A stretch of 64,000 nt of DNA. Origin: Oligoflexus sp. (GTDB lineage: Bacteria > Bdellovibrionota_B > Oligoflexia > Oligoflexales > Oligoflexaceae). This document shows positions 8,144-18,354 of the stretch, piece by piece. Each line of letters opens with the position of its first letter. The first letter of the stretch is position 1. The notes below the pieces were generated by a model, which did no database searches, was not told the DNA's origin, and worked only from the letters and a program-made list of their open reading frames with translations. The translations under genes were made by a program, and so were the position numbers. Location: positions 1 to 64,000 of the forward strand of contig JBGSTX010000074.1 in the NCBI GenBank assembly GCA_041736305.1. Reading direction: 5' to 3'.

Positions 8144-10231
8144 ATGCCTCTCATCAAGGAAGCCAAAGTCGGTGACAAAACCATATGTTTCGAATTTCAA
8201 AAGTTTGCGAAACAAGCCAATGGTTCAGTCATGGTCAGCTGCGGCGACACCCAAGTCTTGGTCACAGTCTGCGCATCTGAAAGCCCTAAAGAAGGCCAAG
8301 ACTTTTTCCCCTTGAGTGTGGACTATATCGAGAAGTTTTACGCCGCAGGTCGAATCCCCGGTGGTTTCGTCAAAAGGGAAACCAAACCTAGCGAAGCTGA
8401 AACCCTGGTCTCGCGCGTAATCGATCGCCCCTTGCGCCCCAGCTTTCCAGAGAGCTACCTGTGTGAAACTCAAGTCGTCTGTACCGTAATGTCGGTCGAT
8501 CCCTTGCACCATCCTGCACCTCTGGCACTCATTGGCGCAAGTACTGCGCTGATGATCAGCGACATTCCGTTCAACGGTCCTGTAGCTTCGCTTCGCATTG
8601 GCAAGAAAAACGGTCAGCTCGTTCTCGACCCTACGCTTGGAGAAGAAGGTGATCTCGACCTCACCGTAGCTGCCAATCCAGAGGCTGTGCTGATGGTCGA
8701 AGCCGCAGCAAATTTTCTCAGTGAAGAAGAAATGATCGAGGCCATCAATTGGGCTCACGATCTCATGCGTCCTCTGTATGAAATGCAAATTGATGTTCAG
8801 CGTGAAATTGGTAAGCCGAAGCGTGAACTGTCGACCACGATGGTGGGCGATGATGTTTATCCGGCCGTTGTTGAATTCGGCGGTCATCTCATTCGTGAAG
8901 CCCTGACAACTAAAGAAAAGCAGGCTCGAGGCAAAGCTCTGAAAGCTCTGAAAGACCGCATCCACAATGAACTTAATCCCGATAAGGATTCGGCTCGGAA
9001 GGCTTCCCTCGCTGCAGCGTTTGAGAAGCTGACCTATAACGGCATGCGGAGCATGATCCTCGACGATCGCCGCCGGATTGATGGTCGTGGTTTTAAAGAC
9101 ATCCGAGCCATCAGCTGCGAAACAAAAATTTTGAAAAGAACACACGGTTCGGCTCTTTTCACGCGCGGTGAAACGCAAGCTTTGGCGACCGTAACTCTTG
9201 GCTCTGGTGACGATCAGCAGCGCATGGATTCCATCCTCAGTGGGAGCCAAACGAAAAGCTTTCTTTTGCACTATAACTTCCCACCCTATTCCGTCGGTGA
9301 AGCCAAGCCACTGCGTTCACCAGGTCGGCGCGAAGTTGGCCATGGCGCACTTGCCGAGAAAGCTTTGACAGCGATTCTTCCTGATTCAAATAAGTTCGAT
9401 TACACTATTCGACTTGTTTCGGAAGTTTTGGAGTCAAATGGTTCGTCGTCAATGGCGACGGTATGCGCAGGTACGATGGCACTTCTCGATGCAGGCGTGC
9501 CTATTAAAGAACCCGTCGCAGGTATAGCAATGGGTCTTGTGATGGAAGGCGACAAATATGCCGTTCTATCAGACATTTTAGGTGATGAAGATCACCTCGG
9601 TGACATGGATTTCAAAGTTACTGGCGGCCAGACGGGTATCACTGCTTTGCAGATGGATATCAAGATTGGAGGCCTATCTCGGCAGGTTCTTGTCGAAGCC
9701 CTCCAACAGGCCAAAGAAGGGCGCCAATATATTCTAGGCAAACTTGTTGCTGCCATCAACGAGCCTCAAGAGATTAGTATCTATGCCCCTCGGATCTTCC
9801 AAATGAAAATCAAAGAAGACAAAATCCGCGATCTGATTGGACCCGGCGGCAAAACAATCAAGAGGTTGGTTGCCGAAGTAGGCGTGAAGATCGATATAAA
9901 CGACGACGGCACGGTCAATATAATTGCCCCCGATGGTCAAACAGCTGAAAAGGCTAAGCAGGCTATTCGGGCCATCACGGCTGATCCGGAAGTTGGGTCG
10001 ATCTATCTCGGTCTTATCAAGAAAATCGTCGATTTTGGTGCGTTTGTTGAAATTCGTCCTGGCCTAGAAGGTCTTTTGCATATATCGCAGCTGGAAAACC
10101 GTAAGGTTGATAAGGTCACTGATATCATCCAGGAAGGCGAACAAGTTCTGGTTAAAATTATTGACGTAGATCGCCAAGGTAAGGTCAAGCTAAGTCGCAA
10201 AGACGCGCTTGGCAAACGACCAACTGTCTAA
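8144..10231 (+). CDS. pnp: Polyribonucleotide nucleotidyltransferase (PNPase)
   Basis: FFPLSVDY, IDRPLRP, ESNGSSSMA, DHLGDMDFKV; KH and S1 domains. Confidence 0.98.
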   Translation: MPLIKEAKVGDKTICFEFQKFAKQANGSVMVSCGDTQVLVTVCASESPKEGQDFFPLSVDYIEKFYAAGRIPGGFVKRETKPSEAETLVSRVIDRPLRPSFPESYLCETQVVCTVMSVDPLHHPAPLALIGASTALMISDIPFNGPVASLRIGKKNGQLVLDPTLGEEGDLDLTVAANPEAVLMVEAAANFLSEEEMIEAINWAHDLMRPLYEMQIDVQREIGKPKRELSTTMVGDDVYPAVVEFGGHLIREALTTKEKQARGKALKALKDRIHNELNPDKDSARKASLAAAFEKLTYNGMRSMILDDRRRIDGRGFKDIRAISCETKILKRTHGSALFTRGETQALATVTLGSGDDQQRMDSILSGSQTKSFLLHYNFPPYSVGEAKPLRSPGRREVGHGALAEKALTAILPDSNKFDYTIRLVSEVLESNGSSSMATVCAGTMALLDAGVPIKEPVAGIAMGLVMEGDKYAVLSDILGDEDHLGDMDFKVTGGQTGITALQMDIKIGGLSRQVLVEALQQAKEGRQYILGKLVAAINEPQEISIYAPRIFQMKIKEDKIRDLIGPGGKTIKRLVAEVGVKIDINDDGTVNIIAPDGQTAEKAKQAIRAITADPEVGSIYLGLIKKIVDFGAFVEIRPGLEGLLHISQLENRKVDKVTDIIQEGEQVLVKIIDVDRQGKVKLSRKDALGKRPTV

Positions 10232-10252
10232 GAGTCAAGAAAAGGACTTTTC

Positions 10253-10681
10253 ATGTTTGAATTGCGATATCAAGAAGGGTGCCAGCCGCGCTATATGACT
10301 GAACACAGCGCCGCCTGTGATCTAGTCGCAAGGGAGCGCCAACTTCTTGAACCAGGCAAGGTGTCTTTAGTTCCGACCGGAGTCTGGATCTCGCAAGTTA
10401 AATGGGAAGAAGTTCCTGAAGGAACGATCCCAGAATTACAGATCCGAGCGCGCTCGGGTTTGGCTAGGAAACATGGCATCACACTCGCCAACGGCATAGG
10501 AACCATCGACGCCGACTATCGCGAAGAAATTGGTGTGCTCCTCATTAATCTGGGATCGAAAACTTTCATTATCGAGAAGGGAGATCGTCTGGCTCAGATG
10601 GCGCTCAATCTCGTCCATCGTTTGAAGCACTTGCCTGTTGGAGGGCAACGCGAAGGTGGCTTTGGATCAACTAGCCTTTGA
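10253..10681 (+). CDS. dut: dUTP diphosphatase
   Basis: RSGLA, GTIDADYR, R.GGFGST motifs. Confidence 0.95.
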   Translation: MFELRYQEGCQPRYMTEHSAACDLVARERQLLEPGKVSLVPTGVWISQVKWEEVPEGTIPELQIRARSGLARKHGITLANGIGTIDADYREEIGVLLINLGSKTFIIEKGDRLAQMALNLVHRLKHLPVGGQREGGFGSTSL

Positions 10682-12493
10682 CGAAAGGGACTTCGTTTTA
10701 GGTTCAGTCGCGTCCTGCCGCTCCTGGCTCGAGGTCAACGCTTGCTGCACAAGAATATGACCGATCTCCACTTGTCCAATTTGATAGTATAGCTGACCTA
10801 AAGCCATAATAAGAGCAGGTTTCTCGCCCAGAATGAGGCGCAGCTGTTCAAGTACAGCGATGGCTCTAGCAAGGTCGTCGCATTCGAGACAAGCTTGAGT
10901 GAGAGCCATAAGCAGGGTATTATTTTCGATATCGATAGTTATGCTTTTCCCTAACCAGTAAACCGCATCATCAGCGCGCCCAGACTTCCTGAAGACATAT
11001 CCCAGGCCCATCATAGCTTCAGCATCATTAGGCTTTATCGCTAGAGACTTGCGATAAAATGACTGCGCTTCGTCGTAGGCACAGGTCAAGTACGCTATTC
11101 TTCCAAGTCCCAAGTATGCATCACGCTGCAAGGCTTCATCAGCTGTACAATACTCAAAACCTGACATCGCTGCTTCAAGATGGCCTGCACGAAGCTGAAC
11201 CTGAGCCTTAAACAGCTGCAAGCGTCCTTTTTCCTCAGGACGTCGCTCCCAAAGCATGAGAGCACCATCGATGGTGCCGAAAAGTTCGTCGAGAGGAACC
11301 TGTCCCCACGCTTTATTTAGCTGCTGCATGACTTCAGGAAAACTTAGGTCCCCTGGCTCATTATGGCCTGTTCCCTGGAGGATTTCAGTCGCAAGTTTAG
11401 CAAGAATTTGCTTACTTTCAGCAGAGTCAAAATGGGTAATACAGAGGGCAGCCATGGCCTTACGGCTAAAACTTGCTTCATCCCTTTGCTTAAAAGATTT
11501 CAAAAGAGAGAGGCCCAGCGCCTCAAAATTTTCGACTGGGGCAACAAATTCAGACCCAAAGTTGCCCGCAAAATGGTGCTGAATATCAAATAATGGGCGG
11601 AGTCCGCAGGCTAAGCCCTCCAAGACCCAGAAATTTGCTGACTCAGCGACTACTGTACTCCGATACCCTTTAGAGAGCGAAACTCCAAGGTCTGCAGCGC
11701 AATAAAGATCCCGCAAGAACGAAGAAGTGTCCTGCCCTATAAAAAGAACCTGCCCGGCAATTCCAGAATCGACGGCTAGGTACTTTAGCTGCTCCTTAGC
11801 AGGACCTGAGCCGGTAAAGAGGACTCGAACGCTCTCGGTCCCTATTAGCTCTCTCTGAATGAGATATTTGACCGCCATAAGCAGACCGGTACCGCGGTTA
11901 TAATTTTCGAGAGGATCAGAGCAGAGGATAAGAAACTGCTCGTCTTTTATTCCAATATATTCCCTAAATTTCTTTCGGAGCTGAGGCTGGAAACCGAGCC
12001 TTCCACTGGCTACTCGAGGCGCGATAGACACGATGCGTGTTTCATCTACCCCCAAAAAATTTAGTTGTTCTGCTGCTAAAGAGTCGGAAACTATGAAAGT
12101 TGTGGCTTTAGACAGGATATCTGCAAGTCCACTTGTGTCACCATCAAGATTTTGTCTGAGACTCACACCATCAGAAATAAATATGAGTAAGGGCTTATCG
12201 TTGGCTTCGCAGTAGCGAAGAGCTTGGAAGCTCGCCTGATCAGTGCAGCCTGAGGCAATTATAATATCCGCTCGTGAGATAGCTTCTTCTACACCACGCA
12301 TATAGCCAGGAAGATGGGGATCCTCAATGAATGTCTGCAACGGAATTTGAGTCAGAAAACTAGGCTTCCTCAGATCAGCGAGAAAGCTGGCTGCTTCAAT
12401 CTCCCAAATATCAGTCAAAGGCTCGAAGGCGTCGAAGATGCGAAAGCTCTGACTCTTCCCGACGATAAGCAAAACTTTCAGTTTTCTCTCCAC
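10667..12493 (-). CDS. GT-B (family 4-like) glycosyltransferase fused to C-terminal TPRs
   Basis: GSGPAKEQL, LYCAAD and E-x7-E (ESANFWVLEGLACG); TPR repeats after residue ~420. Confidence 0.65.
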   Translation of the reverse strand: MERKLKVLLIVGKSQSFRIFDAFEPLTDIWEIEAASFLADLRKPSFLTQIPLQTFIEDPHLPGYMRGVEEAISRADIIIASGCTDQASFQALRYCEANDKPLLIFISDGVSLRQNLDGDTSGLADILSKATTFIVSDSLAAEQLNFLGVDETRIVSIAPRVASGRLGFQPQLRKKFREYIGIKDEQFLILCSDPLENYNRGTGLLMAVKYLIQRELIGTESVRVLFTGSGPAKEQLKYLAVDSGIAGQVLFIGQDTSSFLRDLYCAADLGVSLSKGYRSTVVAESANFWVLEGLACGLRPLFDIQHHFAGNFGSEFVAPVENFEALGLSLLKSFKQRDEASFSRKAMAALCITHFDSAESKQILAKLATEILQGTGHNEPGDLSFPEVMQQLNKAWGQVPLDELFGTIDGALMLWERRPEEKGRLQLFKAQVQLRAGHLEAAMSGFEYCTADEALQRDAYLGLGRIAYLTCAYDEAQSFYRKSLAIKPNDAEAMMGLGYVFRKSGRADDAVYWLGKSITIDIENNTLLMALTQACLECDDLARAIAVLEQLRLILGEKPALIMALGQLYYQIGQVEIGHILVQQALTSSQERQDATEPKTKSLSSKAS

Positions 12494-15027
12494 GAGCCAC
12501 CCCCCGAGTTGATGTCAGTCTTCGACATACGGGTACCTGGTTCGCTGCTAATAAAGAAATGGGTTTTACTCGCTATCAGTTGATCTTCGCTTCCAACCAA
12601 GACTCCGAGTTGAAGCTGGTTCGAGACTAAGTCGGCAGATGCCTTTAGAGTAAACTTCATCACCTGGGACTCACCAGGGGCAAGCCGCTTTATACTATAT
12701 CGCTGACCCAAAAGCTGGAGCTGCTTTCCTGCAAGATTCACCATGCGGGCTTCGACCTGCTTGGCTGAAATCTGGGAAGAATTTTTTACTTTAAGCTCAA
12801 CTTGTGCTGTTTCTCCAGCTTCGAGGACTCCCTTGAGACGACCACCTTTCTCTTCGGTGACTTGCAGAGTGATTTCATACTGTGGTTCCTGATTTTCCTG
12901 TAAATCAAGCCAAAAGTTACGCTCTTTACCCACCAAGGGCCAGCCACTGCGAGCTAAACCAGCGCGCAGTCGAATGGGGCTTTCTTTGGCATCAACTTTC
13001 AGCTCGTAGTTCAATACACCCTGGGCCTCTTGACCGGCAGCAAGCCTACCTACCAGTATTTCAGTGGTTGCCACTGAGTCATGGTTCCCAGTAACAAAGA
13101 CTGAGAGCCTTGAAAGGGTTGCATCACTCGTATTTTGGATTCGCCAAGGAATGCGTACAGTCTGGCCTTCCTTAAGACTCATTCTCTCTGGGAGATCGAC
13201 TAAAAAGCGAATTTTCTTATCAGACACCAATTGTTTATCTTCACCTTCAGCAGCCCACTCAACCTTCTTTTGCTTGGCCAACCAAGCCTCTGAACCTCGG
13301 TTGAGCTCCTTGAGCATTTTTCGAATTAGCTTAGCAGAACTTGCCTTCCAATAGCTCGAGCGCAGCCTTTCCGGAGCTATCGGTACGCCTTCTCGCGAAC
13401 CGAGGTCTTGGATCATGCGCAGGGCAAAATTTAGTGGAATATCTTTATCGGGAGACTTTCCAGTACTCTCTTCATTTAGGTAGAAAGCTTTCATGTCATG
13501 AGCCTGCACTCCGGCTGCTCGCAGCTTTTCCTGGTCCAGGCTATGATCAAGGAAGCGCTCGCCCTTATAGCGGTATTCTCCGAGAAGGTTGGCTTGGCCT
13601 TTCAGTGGATAAATAGGTTGGAGCCAGATATCAGGCATAATTCCCACGTTTTGAATTGAAATTCCGCGAGGAGTAAAATAGCGGGCAATAGTTAGCTTAA
13701 GGGCCTGATCACCTGGAAGTTCGAAGACTGTCTGCACTGACCCCTTCCCAAAACTAGGTTCACCGATGACTAGAGCACGCCCATGATCCCTTAGTGCGCC
13801 GGCAACAATCTCGCTTGCGGATGCGGTATCACCATTTGAGAGAATGAGTATAGGATAGTCAAAACGATATAGATTTTGCTTAGCGAGCTCGTACTCGCGA
13901 CTGCGACCTTGAGTACTGACGATGCGCCCTTCATCAAGGAAAAGATCGGCGACTCTGACAGCTTGATCTAGGAGCCCTCCAGGATTGGATCGAAGGTCTA
14001 AAACGATTCCAGCGAGCCGATTGCTCTGCTGTTGGGCCTTTAAAAGAGCGTCGCGCAACTCCGATGCGGTCCGAGAGGAAAAGCTATCGATGCTGGCGTA
14101 AAACACATCGCCAGCATTGCTGGGAACTAGCTTCGACTCAACCGAATCAACCTGAATAATTTCCCGCATTAATGAAAGCTTCCTGGGCGCCAGATCACCT
14201 TCCCGAAGCACAAACAAATTAACCCGTGTACCGGGCTCACCGCGCATATATTGGATGAGATCTTCAAGAGTAGTACCAAAGGTACTTTTGCTATCAATTT
14301 GCATGATGCGGTCGGCTTTGATGACACCAGCGCGAGAGGCAGGACTTTTTGGAAGGGGCTTGATGACTGTTAGTACGTCTTCTTGCATACCAACAACGAC
14401 TCCGAGACCACCGAACGAACCTTCAGTACCTTGCCGCAAATCTCGGTATTCTTCTGGCGCAAGCAGATTGCTATGGGGATCGAGTCCCGCGAGCATAGCA
14501 TTGAGTAGCTGAAAAGCTCCGGTGGGAGGCACCCTACCAATTGGAGTACGCTCTTCTTTATGCTTCTCAAGTAGCTGCGATATTCGAATGCAATCCCGCA
14601 TCATTTGTTCATAGGCATAGTTGGAATCTACTTTCAGGCTCAGTCTGTCAGTGCCCCGACTTACCGTAATATTTTCTTGGTCAAGCATACTGAGTTGAAG
14701 GAGGTCCTGCTCGCGTAGCGATCGTAGGGTCGACTGCATAAGTTCTCGGTTGCCGACTCTGGCTTCATCTACGTAGTAGTTTTGAATGATGTTGAGAATT
14801 GAATCAACCAGCATCGAGTCGGAAAGTCCAATAGCAGCTTTAAGCGGCTTCTTAGTATCACGTATGGGTAGTGAGGTTGCTTCAGGAATTGGCTCTAAAT
14901 CAGACAGTTCAAACGCCTTGGAACCGAGAGTGCTTCGGGAATCCACTAGAAAGTGAAAGATGGTGAACATCGCTAAGCAGCTCGCGAGTCCAGTTGCGGC
15001 ATTAAGTATCTTTGTCCACTTTCGCAT
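12478..15027 (-). CDS. S41 family carboxyl-terminal protease (PDZ plus peptidase) with long C-terminal beta-rich extension
   Basis: LDPHS, FGGLGV (PDZ), DLRSNPGG, ASASEIVAGAL (Ser), FGKGSVQ (Lys); N-terminal hydrophobic anchor. Confidence 0.92.
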   Translation of the reverse strand: MRKWTKILNAATGLASCLAMFTIFHFLVDSRSTLGSKAFELSDLEPIPEATSLPIRDTKKPLKAAIGLSDSMLVDSILNIIQNYYVDEARVGNRELMQSTLRSLREQDLLQLSMLDQENITVSRGTDRLSLKVDSNYAYEQMMRDCIRISQLLEKHKEERTPIGRVPPTGAFQLLNAMLAGLDPHSNLLAPEEYRDLRQGTEGSFGGLGVVVGMQEDVLTVIKPLPKSPASRAGVIKADRIMQIDSKSTFGTTLEDLIQYMRGEPGTRVNLFVLREGDLAPRKLSLMREIIQVDSVESKLVPSNAGDVFYASIDSFSSRTASELRDALLKAQQQSNRLAGIVLDLRSNPGGLLDQAVRVADLFLDEGRIVSTQGRSREYELAKQNLYRFDYPILILSNGDTASASEIVAGALRDHGRALVIGEPSFGKGSVQTVFELPGDQALKLTIARYFTPRGISIQNVGIMPDIWLQPIYPLKGQANLLGEYRYKGERFLDHSLDQEKLRAAGVQAHDMKAFYLNEESTGKSPDKDIPLNFALRMIQDLGSREGVPIAPERLRSSYWKASSAKLIRKMLKELNRGSEAWLAKQKKVEWAAEGEDKQLVSDKKIRFLVDLPERMSLKEGQTVRIPWRIQNTSDATLSRLSVFVTGNHDSVATTEILVGRLAAGQEAQGVLNYELKVDAKESPIRLRAGLARSGWPLVGKERNFWLDLQENQEPQYEITLQVTEEKGGRLKGVLEAGETAQVELKVKNSSQISAKQVEARMVNLAGKQLQLLGQRYSIKRLAPGESQVMKFTLKASADLVSNQLQLGVLVGSEDQLIASKTHFFISSEPGTRMSKTDINSGGGSWREN

Positions 15028-15049
15028 GAGCTTGTTCTCCTAGCTTCTC

Positions 15050-15076
15050 CTATCGTCGGCTAGGAAATTTAGTTGA
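15050..15076 (-). promoter_or_regulatory. sigma28-like promoter for the S41 protease
   Basis: TCAA-N15-GACGATAG. Confidence 0.5.
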
Positions 15077-15189
15077 GGGCTAAGGCAAAACCTGCTCTAA
15101 GATGCGCTTTTGGGACTCAAAAAACACCTATCTAACTCACTGGTAATATTAGACTAATATTGATACAATCAATTTATGGCAAAATGCTC

Positions 15190-15216
15190 TTAAATTTTTT
15201 CCAAAAATTCCGATAG
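15190..15216 (+). promoter_or_regulatory. sigma28-like promoter for the TPR gene
   Basis: TTAA-N15-TCCGATAG. Confidence 0.55.
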
Positions 15217-15252
15217 AGGAACAGGATTATGGGTGCGACCTGAGAGGTGCCT

Positions 15253-16725
15253 ATGCAGCGGAACAAGCTTCCGAAATTTTTGTTTTTAACTTTGCTTACA
15301 GGCTTCCTCACAAGCGGCATCAGCGCTAAGGGCGAGGAGCTTCGATCGAATCCCTTTGAATTGGAAGATAGGGTCTGGACTGCAAGTCCCGATAAGCTTC
15401 AAGATCTTGAGGGCTTGGTCACCAAACTCATTCAACATCAGCCTTCCTCGGCCTTTGGCCACTACCTCTTGGCTCAACTCTATCTCAGGCAATTTAAGGA
15501 AGAACCCACCCATCTCAAACTACTTAAACAGGCTTCTGAATTAGGGCAGCAGGCTATAGAATTAAGTCCTAAAGAAGACTATGGCTATCTCATAGCAGCC
15601 CAGGTGCTCGACCTGATGGGCTACCCTGAAAATGCTTTCGATATTTTGAATTTTGGAAAGGATGAACTCCGCTCAGCTTCTTGGCGAAGCTCGTTCGTTA
15701 GTGGACTTTTGCAGGACACAAATACTTGGGGCAAGAGATCGATCGCAGACTTTGAAAGAAGCCTTAAGTATAGTGATACTCATGCCAACATCGTTGTCCC
15801 GCAGCTCGTGAAAGTACTACAAAGGAGTTATGCGGGAGATAAATTAGTCAGTGAACTTCTCGAGTGGCGCTCTCGCTACAACCATCTTGATTTTGATTTG
15901 AGTTTAGCTGCTGCGTATGAGCAAAACGCCAATTTTGCAGCTGCACACCAGACTTATCGCGAAATTCAAAAGAAAGCTCCTACCTGTCACAAGGCATTCA
16001 TTGAAGACGCGATCATCCTACACTCCCAGCTTAATCAATCGGCCCAGGCCGAAAGCATGCTCACAAAGCTAATCGCAAATGAAAATGTTTTAGAAAAGCA
16101 TCAAATTAGCCTGGTCAAGTCTCAGTTAGGGCGGATAATGCTCGAAAAAGGCGACTTTGCGCAATCACGTCGCCTTTTTCGAGAGGCGATTAGCAAAGGC
16201 AGCAATTCAATGGAGTGGTTGACCTTCGCTCATAAATCTTATGAAAAGCAGCACCGTCTTAAAGATTTTTCTGAGCTCCTTTTGGAGTTAAGCATAAAGA
16301 TTCCTGGTTCGAGCTATCTTTACGCTCTAAGGGGCGAGGTTCTCTCTGAGAATCTCGCTTTGCACGATAGTGCTTTGGAAGCTTTTGAGTCGGCAATCCT
16401 TCTCGACCCGGAGCGAACTGAATTTCACAACGGACTTGGCCTTACTTATTACCGAATGGCTCGATATGACGAAGCATTGACTAGCTTTCTCAAGGCCACT
16501 CATATCGATCCGCAAGACGCCACCTCGCGCTACAATCAAGCCTGTGTGCTGTCAATTCTAGGTCGATCGATTGAAGCTCTCGGCTCTCTACGAGAAGCCA
16601 TAGGCATCGATCCTCGCCTACAACAGACAGCCCGCAGCGATAAGGACTTTGAGAACCTTCGTGAAATGCAAGGTTTCCAATTCCTAACAAATCCGCGAAG
16701 CAGCGCGTCTATCCGCCAACCTTAA
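15253..16725 (+). CDS. Exported tetratricopeptide repeat protein
   Basis: Signal-peptide-like N-terminus, multiple TPRs, terminal YNQAC...SDKDFENLR motif; ATG after GAGAGG. Confidence 0.85.
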   Translation: MQRNKLPKFLFLTLLTGFLTSGISAKGEELRSNPFELEDRVWTASPDKLQDLEGLVTKLIQHQPSSAFGHYLLAQLYLRQFKEEPTHLKLLKQASELGQQAIELSPKEDYGYLIAAQVLDLMGYPENAFDILNFGKDELRSASWRSSFVSGLLQDTNTWGKRSIADFERSLKYSDTHANIVVPQLVKVLQRSYAGDKLVSELLEWRSRYNHLDFDLSLAAAYEQNANFAAAHQTYREIQKKAPTCHKAFIEDAIILHSQLNQSAQAESMLTKLIANENVLEKHQISLVKSQLGRIMLEKGDFAQSRRLFREAISKGSNSMEWLTFAHKSYEKQHRLKDFSELLLELSIKIPGSSYLYALRGEVLSENLALHDSALEAFESAILLDPERTEFHNGLGLTYYRMARYDEALTSFLKATHIDPQDATSRYNQACVLSILGRSIEALGSLREAIGIDPRLQQTARSDKDFENLREMQGFQFLTNPRSSASIRQP

Positions 16726-17893
16726 GAAGTTTTCTCGGATAAATTAGCAAGTTGCCGACATCGTCTGCGTAAGCACTCACACCCTCTGACCAAAACGAAT
16801 CTTGGCAGCTAAATTTCTTCTTCAGATGCTGATCCGCTTCCAGATGCCCTAAAATTAAATTTATAGGCAAGTTTTTAAAGTCGTACTCATATGGAGGCTC
16901 TTTCCAGGCAAAGCCTTCGGGCGAGAGATCCATTGCGGCCTTGATAATGGCTAAACCTAGAGAATAGGTCTCAATATTCTTGGGATCAGGCAAATGGATT
17001 TGGAAGCCTCGACAGGTTTGTCCTGCCCATTTTTGAGAGGTTGGCTGAAATTCTGCTGGTCTTAGGAAGAATGCCGAGCTTCGATGATAATCGAGTACCC
17101 TCTTCGCATACTTTTCCCCGTCTTTGATATAGGGGGCCCCAACGAATTGAAAAGGGAGCCCAGTGCCTCTACCTTCTGAAATATTGGTTCCTTCCAGCAT
17201 GACTGTTGCTGGATAGATATAGACAGATTCAGGCGTCGGAAGGTTTGGCGAAGTGAGAATCCAGTACTTGAAGTTATCGCTCCAGTAGCTTTGTGGGTCC
17301 CATCCTTCAAGTCGAACGATGTCTAGCTCGGCACCTATTTCACGATTGAAGTAGAGCGCAGATTCGCCAGCACTTAAGCCATGACGCAGGGGTAGAGGAA
17401 ACTCTCCAACAAAGGACCTTGCAGCAGAATCTAAGATGCGGCCTTCAATCTGAGTTCCACCGAGAGGATTTGGTCGATCGAGAACGACGACGCGCTTGCC
17501 TAGCTTTTTTGCGGCTCGGAGACAGCCTGCTATCGTATACTTGAAAGTGTAGACGCGGCATCCAACGATCTGGAGGTCAATGATGATCGTGTCAATATCA
17601 TTGAGCATCCCTGGAAGCGGTTCACGAGTCTCAGAGTAGAGGCTATAGACGGGAATCCCATATGGACCTGCATGGGCGTGGCCGGTTTCTATCATATTGT
17701 CCTGGACCGTCGCATGAAAGCCATGCTGTGGTCCAAAAAAAGCTTTGAGCCTCGCGCCTAGGAGACCGTGTAGAATGTCCCAAGCTGTCCGAAAATCCTG
17801 GTCCGTCGATGCCTGATTACAAAGCAGCGCGCAGCGTCCCCAGTTTCGAGCCTTCTCTGGGTTCTGAGCTAATACTTCTATGCCAAGCTTCAA
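16709..17893 (-). CDS. namZ: Exo-beta-N-acetylmuramidase NamZ family (DUF1343)
   Basis: FGPQHG, SLY, DLQIVGCRVYTF, LDRPNPLGG, SPNLP, SEGRGT motifs. Confidence 0.88.
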   Translation of the reverse strand: MKLGIEVLAQNPEKARNWGRCALLCNQASTDQDFRTAWDILHGLLGARLKAFFGPQHGFHATVQDNMIETGHAHAGPYGIPVYSLYSETREPLPGMLNDIDTIIIDLQIVGCRVYTFKYTIAGCLRAAKKLGKRVVVLDRPNPLGGTQIEGRILDSAARSFVGEFPLPLRHGLSAGESALYFNREIGAELDIVRLEGWDPQSYWSDNFKYWILTSPNLPTPESVYIYPATVMLEGTNISEGRGTGLPFQFVGAPYIKDGEKYAKRVLDYHRSSAFFLRPAEFQPTSQKWAGQTCRGFQIHLPDPKNIETYSLGLAIIKAAMDLSPEGFAWKEPPYEYDFKNLPINLILGHLEADQHLKKKFSCQDSFWSEGVSAYADDVGNLLIYPRKLLKVGG

Positions 17894-17906
17894 GGTAAAG
17901 CCCTCT

Positions 17907-18146
17907 TCAGATAGTTCGCTTATTTATCTTTTCAATAAGCTTGTTAAGACATTCCTCCATCGTCGACGCAGTAACAGACGGTATCACACTGCTTTGATCG
18001 GTCGCATGTTCGCCGTGGCCCACCCAAACAGTTGGTCCGAGCTCATTGAGCTCAAAAAGGTAGTTGATTCCTTGATGCAAAAAATTGAATCGATGGATTC
18101 TGAAGAGCTTGCTGCCTTCCGGGACCTTGGTGGCTTTCCAGTCCAT
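17907..18146 (-). CDS. Small hypothetical protein (79 aa)
   Basis: GAGG SD before the ATG, 13 bp upstream of namZ on the same strand, globular composition. Confidence 0.65.
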   Translation of the reverse strand: MDWKATKVPEGSKLFRIHRFNFLHQGINYLFELNELGPTVWVGHGEHATDQSSVIPSVTASTMEECLNKLIEKINKRTI

Positions 18147-18354
18147 TTAAACCTCGTCTATTCTCTTTGCTGCGCTGAGATAAGAATGCTTAAAGACTAC
18201 TCTAATGCAACTCCACCTCCGGCGTCCAGAAAAATTCCCGGCATTAACAAAAACTTAGCTTGAGCAACGGATGAAAAGGGGAGGGTAGAATAATTGAAGA
18301 AGCCGCCTTAGTGGAAGCGGCTTTGGGAGTGGTCTCAGAAATCTGGGCTCGAGA

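Noticed and set aside
8225-9271. 348-aa ORF antisense to pnp
   Set aside because: Shadow frame of a codon-biased conserved gene; no recognisable motifs
17880-18263. 127-aa plus-strand ORF
   Set aside because: Overlaps the 79-aa minus-strand ORF, which has an SD and fits the namZ operon
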